Below, one piece after another: positions 51,850-64,000 of a stretch of DNA of 64,000 nucleotides. Where the stretch lies: positions 16,909,469 through 16,973,468 of the forward strand of contig OZ199838.1 in assembly GCA_964304625.1 (NCBI GenBank), given 5' to 3'. The translations under genes and the position numbers were made by a program. Below the pieces are notes generated by a model. That model had not been told where the DNA came from and did no database searches. It was given only the letters and a program-made list of their open reading frames with translations. How positions within the stretch are numbered: position 1 is the stretch's first letter; each line of letters opens with the position of its first letter. This DNA is from Kudoa neothunni. Its lineage: Eukaryota > Animalia > Cnidaria.

Positions 51850-52860
51850 TCGACCAAATATTTCTTTCTGAAAATATGCTCGTCAAAGTAACTAAAATAT
51901 ATTAAATATTTCTTTATACAAAATTATTTACCTTTGATAACGATATTTTCTTGTCCCATTTTTTGGTAAAGAAATCTTTAACTGATGCCAGTAGCACTCA
52001 ATAGTATTGGTACGAGAGCTATCAGGTGCCACGTAGGTTCCACTTTAATTAACTACCCTATGTTCGTAATCAAGAGACGGAAGTATCTTGTAGACTATAG
52101 TAGCATCAATTATGATAGTTGTGCCTAATATATTGGATTTAAGATTGAATTACATCCCCACTAACCTGGCAAAATATATTTTTTAATGAATGGAACCAAA
52201 ACTTTAGGATTTCTATGCTGAACGGACACAAAAAACATATTGTTGGAATGTCTTTCAATTCCTCCAAAAACCCTTGACCCACTACTCCACGGCCTCTATT
52301 ATATTTGCGCCTTCCAAATTTGCTCTCGTCAATTTCTACTATTTTCCCAGGGCCCAAACTTCATGTTATATACAAAGTATCGTTAGATTTTACCTCCAAT
52401 TGGTTTGGAATCCATAAGCAGAATTTCGGGGAAAATAAAACGAAATCCCTTTTTCCAATCAATAATCGTATGATCAGAATATATTTCCAGATCATTTTTA
52501 TGAAATTATAGGGTACTTTATTCACCCAATAATAAATGAGAAGGAATATTTTCTGTGTATAAATATAATAATGTAACCATAATATGACATACTTTTATCT
52601 TCAAATTAGAAAAGGAGAAAATTGAATGGTTTCTTGTGGAGATGGTTTTACGGCAGTATTTATTTATGCATCCCCATACACATTTGTCATTCTTAAATGA
52701 TGCATCTTTCTGTAGGCTCAATTGGCTGATTTCGCATGTGTCACATGTAACTTCAAACTTATTAATAAGTCCCTTTTTGAATTAAAAATCCATTATTTCC
52801 TGTTTATTCGAGCATAATTTCGAAATTCTATTAGTGTTAAACTTCTTAACCATCTCGAAT
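51850..52860 (-). mobile_element. Merlin/ISXO2 transposase remnant
   Basis: N-terminal CDTC..WGCINKYCRKTISTRNHSIF, then GPGKIVEIDESKFGRRKYNRGR and TNTIECYWHQLK. Confidence 0.88.
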
Positions 52861-53810
52861 TTGTAACCATGTGAAAATCGCCTGAGAGTAAACAAACTCG
52901 ACATTAATTTAAGTCATCATAACATAAATTATTAATATGTAATCCAACTTTAAATATATTTGACGTTAATTTTTCTTTTAAATCGTAACAGAAATAATTT
53001 GTAGCGTTTGTTGATAAATGTTTACAACTAGTAAACACAAGCTTACTATACAGGAATTCCTAGATTTTTCAAAATATAGTATTATAAAAGTTATAACATT
53101 ATTAATATATTTAAGACATAAGAGTTTATGATTGATTTATTCATTTAAATAATATATATTTCTACAATAAACTAGACCAAACATAACAAATACGATATAT
53201 GAGATGCGTACTCAATGTATTCAACATTTCCTGCAGTAATTTTTAAACATATATACCCACAAAAAATGTAAAACCTAAGTATATGACTCTACTTTTAAAA
53301 TAAATATTCTTTTTTAAATTTTATTTTAATAAATTTATGGTTTTAAGTATTAATTCAATAGGATCATCAAACATGATTCGAGCATGTACAGTTTTAACCA
53401 GAGATTGTACAGTCGGCCGTTTATTTTACTTTAAATTATTGAAAGTAATTCATTAATTGAATTAGTTCAAATAAGGAAGGTAATATTAGGTTATGTAGCC
53501 AAGCATTAATACGAAATTCACTTGTTGATGTTTCACAAGATTAGTCTTATTCGTATGGTATGATTTTGAGATTACTGTGAACAACAAGGAGAAAATTGAT
53601 TCTTTAGGAGATCTAAAGAGGAAATTTTAAACGCTCAATAATGTTTATTGATTTTTAAAACTATTAAATAAGGTTCATGCGTCTAATGTGTTAAATAAAT
53701 CATCAGTTAATTGGGTAATCTTTGTACTATTTATCTAAATACTCTGAATTTACTTTGGACTTCCAATGACCTTGGCCTACTCAAGGCTTAGTCTGAGTGT
53801 CCAGTCAAGG

Positions 53811-53841
53811 AAGCCCATGCGAAGCGGGGCTTTTATGCTAG
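53811..53841 (+). mobile_element. Helitron 3' end (hairpin plus CTAG)
   Basis: AAGCCCATGC-GAA-GCGGGGCTT hairpin, 5-nt spacer, then CTAG followed by T. Confidence 0.7.
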
Positions 53842-54018
53842 TTGTATATATATATATATATACAGAAAGACATATGGGAAAAACCGCAACGTAATCAGAA
53901 ATAATTCAATAATAATTCGAATAATAATAATGTTATAACATAATTCGAATATATTTTATTCTTCTTGTTCTAGTGGATCCATGGAATATTTGAGGCTAAA
54001 TCTAAAAAATATCGTAAA

Positions 54019-54996
54019 TTAATATAATAATAGTCGGAATTTTTTTCCAACTAACATAAAATCTCTTATTTTATCTATTAGATAGGGCTTTGCATAGTCA
54101 AGAGGAATCTTTTTCGTGGTCTGAAAAACCTTTCAAATTAGAAAACAATAAAAATTATACGTCGTTATATTTAGTAGTAGAAGCCCCATATCTCAATAAC
54201 AAATGAATTGCAGGAAGGTCTTCGTTTTGGATAGCTAGGATTCTACAAAAATAAAATAAAATTAGTTGATTAAAAAAAGAAGGTACAATGGCGTTTCCTC
54301 TTTTTTGTTGAACGTGTTGACTTTTGCATTATACATGAGAAGAAACTCCATAATGCGATGGTTTTGACTATTTACCTCGTTAAATTGAGAATATCCAAAT
54401 TTCTACTTATACGTTGCTGTAGCTCTGTGTAAAGGAGTTTCATAGAAACCGTATTCTTTGATATCAACATCAGCACCATGTTTTAAAAGAACTACTGCAG
54501 CCTATGCAGTGACAGAAAACTGCTTGCAATAAGAATATGGCAATAATCTACGCTTAAACGGTTCTTCGAACTGCAGAAATGAAGTGGTGTACAACCGTGA
54601 GAGTTTTGGACGTTAATGTTACAGTTGTGTTTCAAAAGTAACTCGACAATATCATCTGAGCCAGCACTGGCAGCACACAATAAAGGTGTCGTGCCATACT
54701 ATCAAATAAAAACATTTTTTAAAATAGTTTTTAAAACGTTTGTCATATTAAATTGACAATTACCCCGTCAGCTACGGATACGTCAGCACCTAATTGTTCG
54801 ATAAAATATTCAACCACATTGTAGTGTTTTCCAGAACAAGCCCAGTGGAGAATGGTCCGACCATACTGAAAAAAGTTATTTGGCAAGCTAATAAAAGTAC
54901 TGTATCTCTGCGATTCACATCACTGTGTTCTAATTCAAAAACCGTTTTTAATGTCTTTAAATCGCCGTTATATGCTTCCTCCCAGAAACTGATCAT
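54019..54996 (-). CDS. PSMD10: 26S proteasome assembly chaperone gankyrin (ankyrin repeats)
   Basis: GRTILHWACSG, TPLLCAASAGSDDIV, NSHGCTPLHFCSSKNR and TPLHRA match gankyrin (LHWACSAG, AASAGRDEIV, NQNGCTPLHYAASKNR); six short introns. Confidence 0.9.
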
Positions 54997-55995
54997 ATCT
55001 ATATTAGTCGATTTGTTTCGTCACATTCGCTAATTTCTTTCAAATCTTCGCAGCATCCAGGCGAATAACAAAACACAATTAGATAATTAGATATTAGCGG
55101 ACATCATAGCCATTTCAAATGGTCGTAAAGGTTTGACACCGGTAGATAAAATATTAACCATATATTTTGTTAAAGAATTGTCCACCTATTACACAGGAAT
55201 AATATACTGGAGATTGACTTCTTATTTCACAGCTAATACAGCTGGAATAATCTTATCCTTAAATCTTGTGGCCAAACACGTTTTATGACAAGTTCTCATG
55301 CCACACCCGATTGTTTTGCAAACAATTGTCTTAACTCTCTTTTGTTTAACTCATTTCCTTCCTTCGATGATTTTTTACATGATTGTGAAAAGATATGATT
55401 AATATACTGTCAATTGTTACATCTTAGCGGAAAAAGGACTATTAAGTATATCGTTGATTGATGCTTCTGTAGCAGGGTTTCAGAAAATAATCACTAGGAG
55501 GCCAAGCCTTATCCATTAACATTGAATCAAGGAAAAAATTACGCGGTTGATTATGTTTTTCATGGAATGCATTCATTCTACCCAATCGGAATCTCCTCCG
55601 AAACTGAATTATATGCGATTCGAGCGCAGTTGAATATGTAAGTCTCGCAAACAACCAATTCTACTAACGAATTAGTCTGAAATTAAATTTCTGTTTACAA
55701 TTAATTATTTTCCATTCGTAATAAAATAAAATAGAATAAATATAATATCGCATTATTATATTGTTAATAAACAAACTATTACATATATACATAAACATGT
55801 ATGCATGGTAGAATCATAAAAATCCGTTATTTAGTGGAAAATAAAAATCAACTTGTGAATTAGTTGAACCTGTTTACATTTTTAATGTTGTGTATTATTG
55901 CGTTCGAGTAGGATTAAATAAAGCGATAAAATAATTTATAATTACATTAAAAGTGTTTTTTCAATTGTTTGGCTCATTAAATTTCAATTTTTATA

Positions 55996-56159
55996 CAGTC
56001 GAACTCCATTTATTCGAAATTCGCTTTATCCAAATGATTTTTTAAAATTTATTTGAATATGATGTAGATTCTAAATAAAAAATTTCGTTTAACCGTAATT
56101 TCAGTATCCGAAAGGGAAACGTCAGATCCCAACATTTTCAGATAAACGAGGTTCGACTG
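55996..56159. mobile_element. Tc1/pogo-type MITE (164 bp)
   Basis: TA|CAGTCGAAC...GTTCGACTG|TA; second copy at about 59375-59545. Confidence 0.85.
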
Positions 56160-56371
56160 TAATTCGAACTTAACTTACTTCGAATTAAAAAAATATATAA
56201 ACTATAAAGTTAATCATATAATTGTTTCGTATGTTTACTTTAAAAAACTTTTATTTTTGAGTTTACAATTACAACAAAAAGTTACAATAATATACATTTA
56301 GCGCATGCGCCAATTAAAACCACCGATATTTTTCATTAAATATAGAATATCCAGTCAAGTAACTTAATTAA

Positions 56372-57016
56372 CCCTTCCGGGACGAAGCGGGGTAGTTCAT
56401 TCATCCCATTGTATGTATTTGTTGAAATTTTCCTCTTAAAATTTTAAAGAACTATTTTTTGTTTCGCGTAATCTTCCAACATAATTAATGATTCGTATAT
56501 ATTAAAAAATATTTTTTTATCCTTTAAATTAAACGTAGATAAGGCATCTTTAAATTTGAAGTTAGTTTATTAAGATTGATTGCTTCAAATCGCTTCCCGG
56601 CTAGTTTAAACCTCGGCATAAATATTAGATTAACGAATATCCTCAGGTAATCTCATCATGATGCTACCCTACCGTCGGTCGTTTCGTAAAAATAATAGAA
56701 ACTCAATAAAAATTAGTATTAAGTTTTCTATAAATGTGCAGAAAGCCATTTTATCACATAATCTATATTTCTGGTAAGTATAATGTTTTGCCGTGCCTTT
56801 TTTATGGAAATACCCATTATTAATCACTTGTATTTTTCTTCTAAATGATTGAATTATTTTCACTGCCAAGGTCGTTTTATTCAAGTTCATATGATTGTTA
56901 ATCATTTGAAATAATAAATCTTATAAAATAAGCGCAGAAATATTGAGGATCTCTGGGGTAAATGAACTACCCCCACCGGTACTCGCGTAAGTTTTTTGAG
57001 TTCCGGCTTCCGATGG
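56372..57016. mobile_element. Non-autonomous piggyBac-like element
   Basis: TTAA|CCCTTCCGG start and GG|TTAA end; subterminal inverted repeat GGGGTAGTTCATT(C/T)A(T/C)CCCA, 18/20 identical, at about 56389 and 56954. Confidence 0.7.
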
Positions 57017-57462
57017 TTAAAGTGTTGAAACGTTAAAAATTCATTTCACGTGATTAGAGAGATATAAACAGTTTAGCTTTGTAAAAAAAAAGGATTACTG
57101 ATGGGTCGTTTTCGACCCAACAAATCTTAATGGATTAAGACATTTGCAATATCAGGGTCTAAGTAGTTACGAGCATCAAACGGATATTGAACGAGAAGTA
57201 CACAATAAAATTAAAAATATTATTATAAATGAAAAATTTCCTCCCTTCCCCCTTAAATAATGTATCATTCGAGTTGATTTATAGCATTTTTCTTCCGCGT
57301 TGACGGGTGCGCATTCTTGGAATTACGAACCATCCATCACCCCTTGTATTGTTAATTTTGTAGAATTGGCTAAACAAAAGTCATTATTTTAAAGTAAATG
57401 TATATGAGATTAAGTAATTATACTAGTTTAAAACAGTTATTAAGAAAAAATATGTCTCAATG

Positions 57463-58913
57463 TTAAGTTGGTGATTGATCGTCGTTAGTTCCATTGTATT
57501 GATCTTCTTTTTCAAATAATGTTTCATCGGGATCCATTTGTGCCCAGCAAATAATTTTACAAGCTTCAAATGATTTAAAATTATTAGCATTTCCATTTAG
57601 CCCGCCAAACAAGAATGAGCGACACTTAAATTTTTCCTCGGAACTATCAAAATACCATCTTTTAACATTTAGATTTCCATTAATATTATCATTCACGCTG
57701 TATTCTCCAGCTTTTGACAGATAACAAACAGGTTCTCTTTCTATAGCATCCACTTCTACAGGCTTTTCTATTTAATTTTCAGTAAAAATATTTTTGATTA
57801 TGTGACTAACTTACCCCATCCACAATAACTTTCGCAGATTTCAGCTGAAGGAAAATTGTTTTTGTCTTTGTCAAAAGTACCAGGCCAGCTCTCAAAGCGT
57901 GAACAGCCTCTGTTGCTATGATCGTAATAGAATCTTATTGTTGGTTTAATGCTGGAATCTGAACCTTCTTTTTCAAATTGATCCGGCTGTACTCTGCTGC
58001 ATGCAGGTATTTTTTGCTTCATTTTATCATTAATGTCAGTAACTGTTTTATCATGTTCATTAGCTATTAAAACATTATTTAAATAGATGAAATATTAATT
58101 ACGGAAGCATTTTTTAATGCAGTCGTTAATAGTGTCGAATGCTCCTCTTAGCTTTTTACCAGAAGCACTCAATCCTGCTGCCACATACACACACTGCTTT
58201 TCCTCAATTAATGCCATAGCTTTGATCTCAGCCTCTCTCTTTTGAAGGTCTGGCCTTAAGTGGCAATCATAATAACTTGGAATAGCATATTTCTCTTTAT
58301 CATCATTGTTACTTAAACTGGCTCCATTATTTGGTATCCCGTATTCCTCATCTTTGCGCATTAACGTAGTAATTAATGAATATTTTTGTGTAAAAGATAC
58401 TGTAACAGAATATTTTGCATTCTTCTTGTGTATCGTATCGGTTTCTATTCCCACCGCAGCCTGTGTATTTAAAACTTTCACAAACAGCTTTTGACGGGTC
58501 CCATGACCATTTCTCTGTGTTCGTATCACTGCAAGATCCTACCTTCCTTGGAGTGTCTTGGCATCCATTAATTTTATCAGAAATCGGATTCTCAACTAAG
58601 CGAAATTAGAATATTACATCAATAGAAGATTTACGATGTCTTTTGCATTCTATTTTCGTTCTAAAGTTGTTAAAGTTGCCTTTTATTCCTCTGTATTGGA
58701 ATGTTTCGCATTCAGCTGTTTTATTATTAATATACCATCTTGTGAGTTCGTTGTTAATATCTTCACCTGGCTTAAATTCACCCACGTCTCTTTCATACGA
58801 GGGGAGTGGTGGTTCTGTCAGCGAATTATTTAGAGTGTACGAAATATATATATACCTGATTTTATGTTAAAATAATTGATTTTGACAACCACAAAGATTA
58901 ATAAATATAACAT
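57463..58913 (-). CDS. Secreted five-domain Kunitz-type protein, copy B
   Basis: Same six-exon, phase-1 structure as copy A; leader MLYLLIFVVV; open frame in all exons; many synonymous differences from copy A. Confidence 0.92.
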
Positions 58914-59374
58914 TTGTTCATTTATTGTAAATGCTATTCACAAATACTAATATTTAATTGAGACCGTCGTTATATATGTAATACGCCGATGTTTCTAAAT
59001 ACAAGTAATCAATTAATTGTATTATTCATTGACCATGAAACATGGTAAGTTTTTTAACGCTGATTTTAATTCGAATATTATTTTAATTATTATTTTTATG
59101 AATATAATCGAACAATTTACATACGATAAATCTATTAATATTTTATTATTCCTAAAAAATAGAGAAAACCAAATAATATTTTATAATCTCATGGTTAATC
59201 ATTGAGGTATATGTAAATATACACCTGCTGATATAACTCAAATTTGTGATTAGTATGATTCTAATATCACATGTAGACGAAACTGTTGACTTCCTGAGCC
59301 TGCATCGCCCTCTAACCTTGTAAATATTCAATATAATAAAGAGACGTCATTGTTATGCCAAATCTCTCTATATA

Positions 59375-59545
59375 CAGTCAAACCGCGTTTATTCGAAATT
59401 CACGTTATCCGAATGATTTTTTAAAATTTATTTGAAGACGATGTAGATTCGTAATAAAATATTTCGTTGAGCCAAAATTTCAGCAACCGCAGTCCAAAAC
59501 AACGTATGGCTGGAATTTTCGGATAAAAATGCTTTCAAGTCTGGA
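59375..59545. mobile_element. Second, more decayed copy of the 164-bp MITE
   Basis: TA|CAGTCAAACC..TTTATTCGAAATTC..TTATCC.AATGATTTTTTAAAATTT aligns with 55996-56159; right TIR degenerate. Confidence 0.75.
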
Positions 59546-62500
59546 TTAGTGCCTGGCCAAAATGACACCTACATTTATTTTTTTGGTGCATATGTTCTTT
59601 ATTTATTCAATTTCAGTTTATATTTTATTCATAGAAATAACGTAACGTAGATAATATAGTATTTAATGTTCATGATGAACGAATAAATGTTGGGTAAGGA
59701 CAAACTCCCTTATATCTTTTCATGAGTAATAAAACATAAAAATGGAATTTATTGGATTTTTTAATCACAAACTAGCAGTGACTTCATAAGACTAATTTAT
59801 CTGCGGAATTGACTCAATTCAATAATGTTCGCACATCACTTTTTTCCTAAACACCTTCATTTTTAAGTCTTATTGAATATTAACAATCATTAATCAATAT
59901 TAAATTGTTGGAATATAGCATAATTTAATTAATGAGGAAATTCTAAATATCGTTATGGAGAATTTTGGGGAAAACTCCTCACTGTTACTTTATTATTCTT
60001 ACCATCATTATTAATACAGCTCATAATATCCAAATAAGGAAGTGATTAATAATAATAGTCCATTTTTTAGACTCTAGAATGTATCATTCTAATATGGCGC
60101 CAAGGTCGCACATATATATAGTTCGTATGCACAGACTACGTTGGATCTAGAACTTCATTGTCTTAAACTAATGTTTTCACATTGTATTCACTATTGTAAC
60201 TGATATATAGTAGAGTTTTCTTTGAAAATATAAAACAATCATTGAATAATGAAAAATAAAGTACGTAATCAACCAAATAAGCATTAATGTAATTGTAAGC
60301 GCTCGTTTTTATCAGACAACTTCGTCATCGTATTTACACACTTAATACTCGAAATGCGCGGGATTAACAAATTGAAACGTGAGTTGAATAGTGCGGTTCT
60401 CAAAAAGGGTATTCGCGGAGATTCACGTTTTAAATTCACCGAATAGATTCAACCTAACCAAATGGTTTAGCGTATAAAATTATTTCGTATAATAGTGAAA
60501 TACATGAATTTTATGGTAAAATTTAGATCAAACGAGAATCAACGCTTAATGTAAGACAATTATTAAAATTGTGAGATCATACGAGATATGCGACCAATAG
60601 AACTTAATTCACTAACATATTGTGTATAAGCATTTACTAAAGTTTAAAAATCGAGAACAGCTCGATTTTGGTATACGCAAAATGGTTAAAATACGGTTTT
60701 AATTGACAAATTCTCCATTTAAAATTATAAAAAAATTATAAAATTTTATAGGACAAATATAACCTATTAGAACTGTGAAATCAAATTTTTAATATCTCAC
60801 ATATTCTAGGAGATATTCCCATCCATGCAAACAGCCACTACCTACGAATAAAGGATACATTAATTATTAGGAGTTAATAAGATAAATTATACAAATAATT
60901 GAAACAGTTTTAGTTAAAAACCAATATTTAAGAGATATATCTGTTCAACATTTCTAAGAAATTGACTGAATCGAAGTAATGCAATTAAAACAAAAATATT
61001 TTCCATTGCGGTTGATAGAAAGATTAACAATTTATTAATAGAATAGTTGGAAAAACATAACAGAAATTTAAAATAACGCAAAAATATGTTTAATCATGGT
61101 TGTTAAATTAAACTCATATGGAAAATAGAACAAAACTACTTTTCATATACATGTATACATATGTACGCACACCGATTGAAGCCGACCGTGAATTTTACCA
61201 ATAATTTTAGAAGTGAATTAAGGGGCTAATTGTTATTCGGTCATAAGTTTAAAATAGTGAATAATCGATTTAAACTAAAATCGGAATTGTCGGGCATACG
61301 CAAAGGACGAAAAATGGGAGCTGTACTCTTTCTAATTACATGAATTTTTATCCTACTCACATATATGGCGGTGTAATAAACACCATAATCTCCATTTAAA
61401 CACTAATTTCTATATATTCTATATTTAATTATGAAATAATATTATTTTGCACACAAAAAGTGCAATAAATTAATTGCCATATTTTTATTATATTCTACTC
61501 ATAAAATTAACACATCAAATCATTAATCACGATTGTGGTTCACATAAGTAGAATAGTAAAAATTTCTCCATACTCATAAAAATTTGTCATTAATATTTTT
61601 TCTAAATTAAAGCAGTATAACTATTTTCAGTATTATTAATTTTTTAGGTTTAAAATAAATTTTTATTAAATGCAATTATTGATCAACAGAAGATAAAGTG
61701 TCTCCTAAACTGGGCTTAAATAGTGAGAATTAATTACAAAATGATGACACAACAAACGTCATAGTTCAAAATAATTTGTTAATAAAATTTATTTTGATGG
61801 ATTTTTATGTATGAAAAATTACTTTATTAATATAACTAGTTGAAATAGTAGTTTATTATTGTTTGAACAATTTTTAGAATTAAATTTTTTAGTTATTATG
61901 AATATTTTATTATATTTTTTAAAGGTCTGTAAAATACAGTGAATTACTTGAAGACAAAATTAAATAAAACTTGACCACTTGAGTTGAAAAAATGACTTAA
62001 TTATTTGTGTGGTGACTAAATACACCCAATTGTATTTAGAATGATAAAATAAACTTTTTTTTTCAATTGCGTAAGATCAAAAAATTACGAACTAACCAAT
62101 TTAACAAATTATTTCGTATCTTTGTGTGGTCTCGAAAGGATTACGGATGAGCGGTTCATTACTGTAGTTAAATTTAGTGTATCGAAAGCAACACATAAAC
62201 CTAGAATACATAACACAGAGTTCGAAATCAATAATGGATTAGAATGAATTAGACGGCTCATAAATAAAGTCTTTCGAAACATTTGAAATCAAATATTTCT
62301 ATAATAAGACATTAAATTTAAAAACAGGGATAATAACTGGTTTAGCCTCACAACTGTCTGTTCCTTTTCATAACATGTATTTTTTATATAAATTGAGTGC
62401 AAAGCTTTATTTTGCCTTTAGGAATGGGTGTGACATATCGTTGTTGTATTTGCGAGATTGTGCGAAAATGATTTGAGCAGGGCAGCGCTAACTCTGGAGA

Positions 62501-63149
62501 GGTTCATAAACGGGATAATCTCCAAATAATGGATATGTTTTCAAACTGCCAACTGATATCGTAAAAAACATTCAGAGAATTACTTTAATATCTTAATTTT
62601 AAAATTGAGGGCTTATAATGATTATAAAATATTTATTACGTTTTAAAAATTAGATCGGATATTAAGAATTAGTAATATCGCGTAAATTACAACCTGCTAT
62701 TTGTAATTAGGTCAACGCATTGGAATTATAGCAGTTTCTATTGCTAATTTTAACTAAAACAAAATTATTAATAAAATTATTTTGTCATAATTCCTGTGAA
62801 TGTTAATTTTGATTTAATAAATGCCAGAAAAAGTTCAAAAATAATTGATTTTAAGTAATACTCATAGTCACTCTACTTTTCCGATGTCATCACTAAATGA
62901 GCACCTAATGTCAAAGAATAATGAACTTAAAATATAAAAAGATAAGTTCACATTTAATACACGAATACAATAACCACATGTATATAAAGTCTAATATAGA
63001 ATCATATTGCTACTTATTATAAACTACTACAATTTTGATCGTCCAAATAAAAGTTTTGCAATTAACACCAAGTACTGATCAACCTCTTAATCGTTATGAA
63101 GTGATTGAAAAGATTAAATTGATTTGGTTTAAAAACCCGGAATTATTGT

Positions 63150-63680
63150 TAATATAAGTAATCTGATAGAGCTTACTTGAGCTAGAAGATAATGCTAACA
63201 AAACTTCACAATGGTAAAGTTAATAGGCATTGATAGTTTAGTAATATCCTTTAGAATGGATACTAGGATGTGTGCTCTTTGCAGTCGGCACAATCACGAG
63301 GAGTGTGGAAGAAGCCTCAGACAAGTAGGCTAAAAATTTGGTTGTGTCTATTTTGCCGAACGCGATTTTTCTACTGAAATAATAATTCAGTCTATCATTT
63401 TTTTCCAAAATTACCTTCAATGAATGCGAATTACACATTTAGTTTAATCTATCTTTTAATTAATAATTGAACATTAAATACACAGAGAATAATTTTTTCT
63501 CCTTTATAAGTATCGATATAAAATACTTTAAGTTTTTTGAGGCATCGATATATATTTCCCTAACACAGCTAATTTTATGTTGCATAGCATCGTGAACGAG
63601 TATAATAATCCGTTGAGTCCAGTTGTAACGTTGATTGCGTCGTGTAGAACCATTCTGGAGGGAGAGTCTGATCAAAAACT
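63150..63680 (-). mobile_element. MULE/Mutator-like transposase remnant
   Basis: IILVHDAMQ...REIYIDASKNL (first catalytic D region), MCNSHSLK (CxxH) and KGYY*TINAY (similar to RG..TNNY.E), in the expected order. Confidence 0.45.
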
Positions 63681-64000
63681 AATTATTCAGAAAATTATAT
63701 CAGTATCAAAAGTCGGCGATATATTTCCGAACCTTTAAAAATTTAAATTATTCAAGGATAAGTACCAAAATGGAACAACTTATGTTACTGAGACCGAGAT
63801 TCTAAAAAAATTACGACTGTCCTAAAAATTTGATAGAGACATGAATACTGATCTTGTTTATTGCGAGTAATCTTTTTTCTGTGCCCATGGTGATAAAACT
63901 GAAATTATATATACACACGTTGACGTGCTTAATTTTAATTCGGATATAAATTCAAAAATAATGGAAGAAGAAAACCTAATATCCGTACATGTGGATGTGA

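Overview
Eukaryotic, very AT-rich genomic DNA with tiny GT-AG introns (mostly about 38-55 nt), the standard genetic code and fast-evolving proteins. This style fits a compact parasitic animal genome (myxozoan-, mesozoan- or Strongyloides-like), but the organism cannot be fixed from sequence alone. The ORF track is fragmented by introns, so genes were spliced by hand. Housekeeping genes: NOA1-like GTPase, POLD2, RSL1D1, an intronless ARF GTPase, EEF1B2 and PSMD10/gankyrin. The two most interesting loci are (i) an 830-aa type-I membrane protein built from about seven Cys-stabilised FN3-like modules in phase-1 exons, with two micro-exons and a 4-residue tail (2792-5676), and (ii) an inverted pair of secreted five-domain Kunitz-type genes (46472-47877 + and 57463-58913 -) with mostly cysteine-reduced domains, loop-focused divergence and a likely gene-conversion tract. 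Intergenic DNA is dense with DNA-transposon remnants (piggyBac, pogo/Tigger, Tc1/IS630, Merlin/ISXO2, hAT, MULE, Helitron and an ISL2EU-like element). Two transposases appear to carry host-sized introns, and one piggyBac sits in a decayed RapGAP-domain gene. No rRNA, complete tRNA or CRISPR array was seen.
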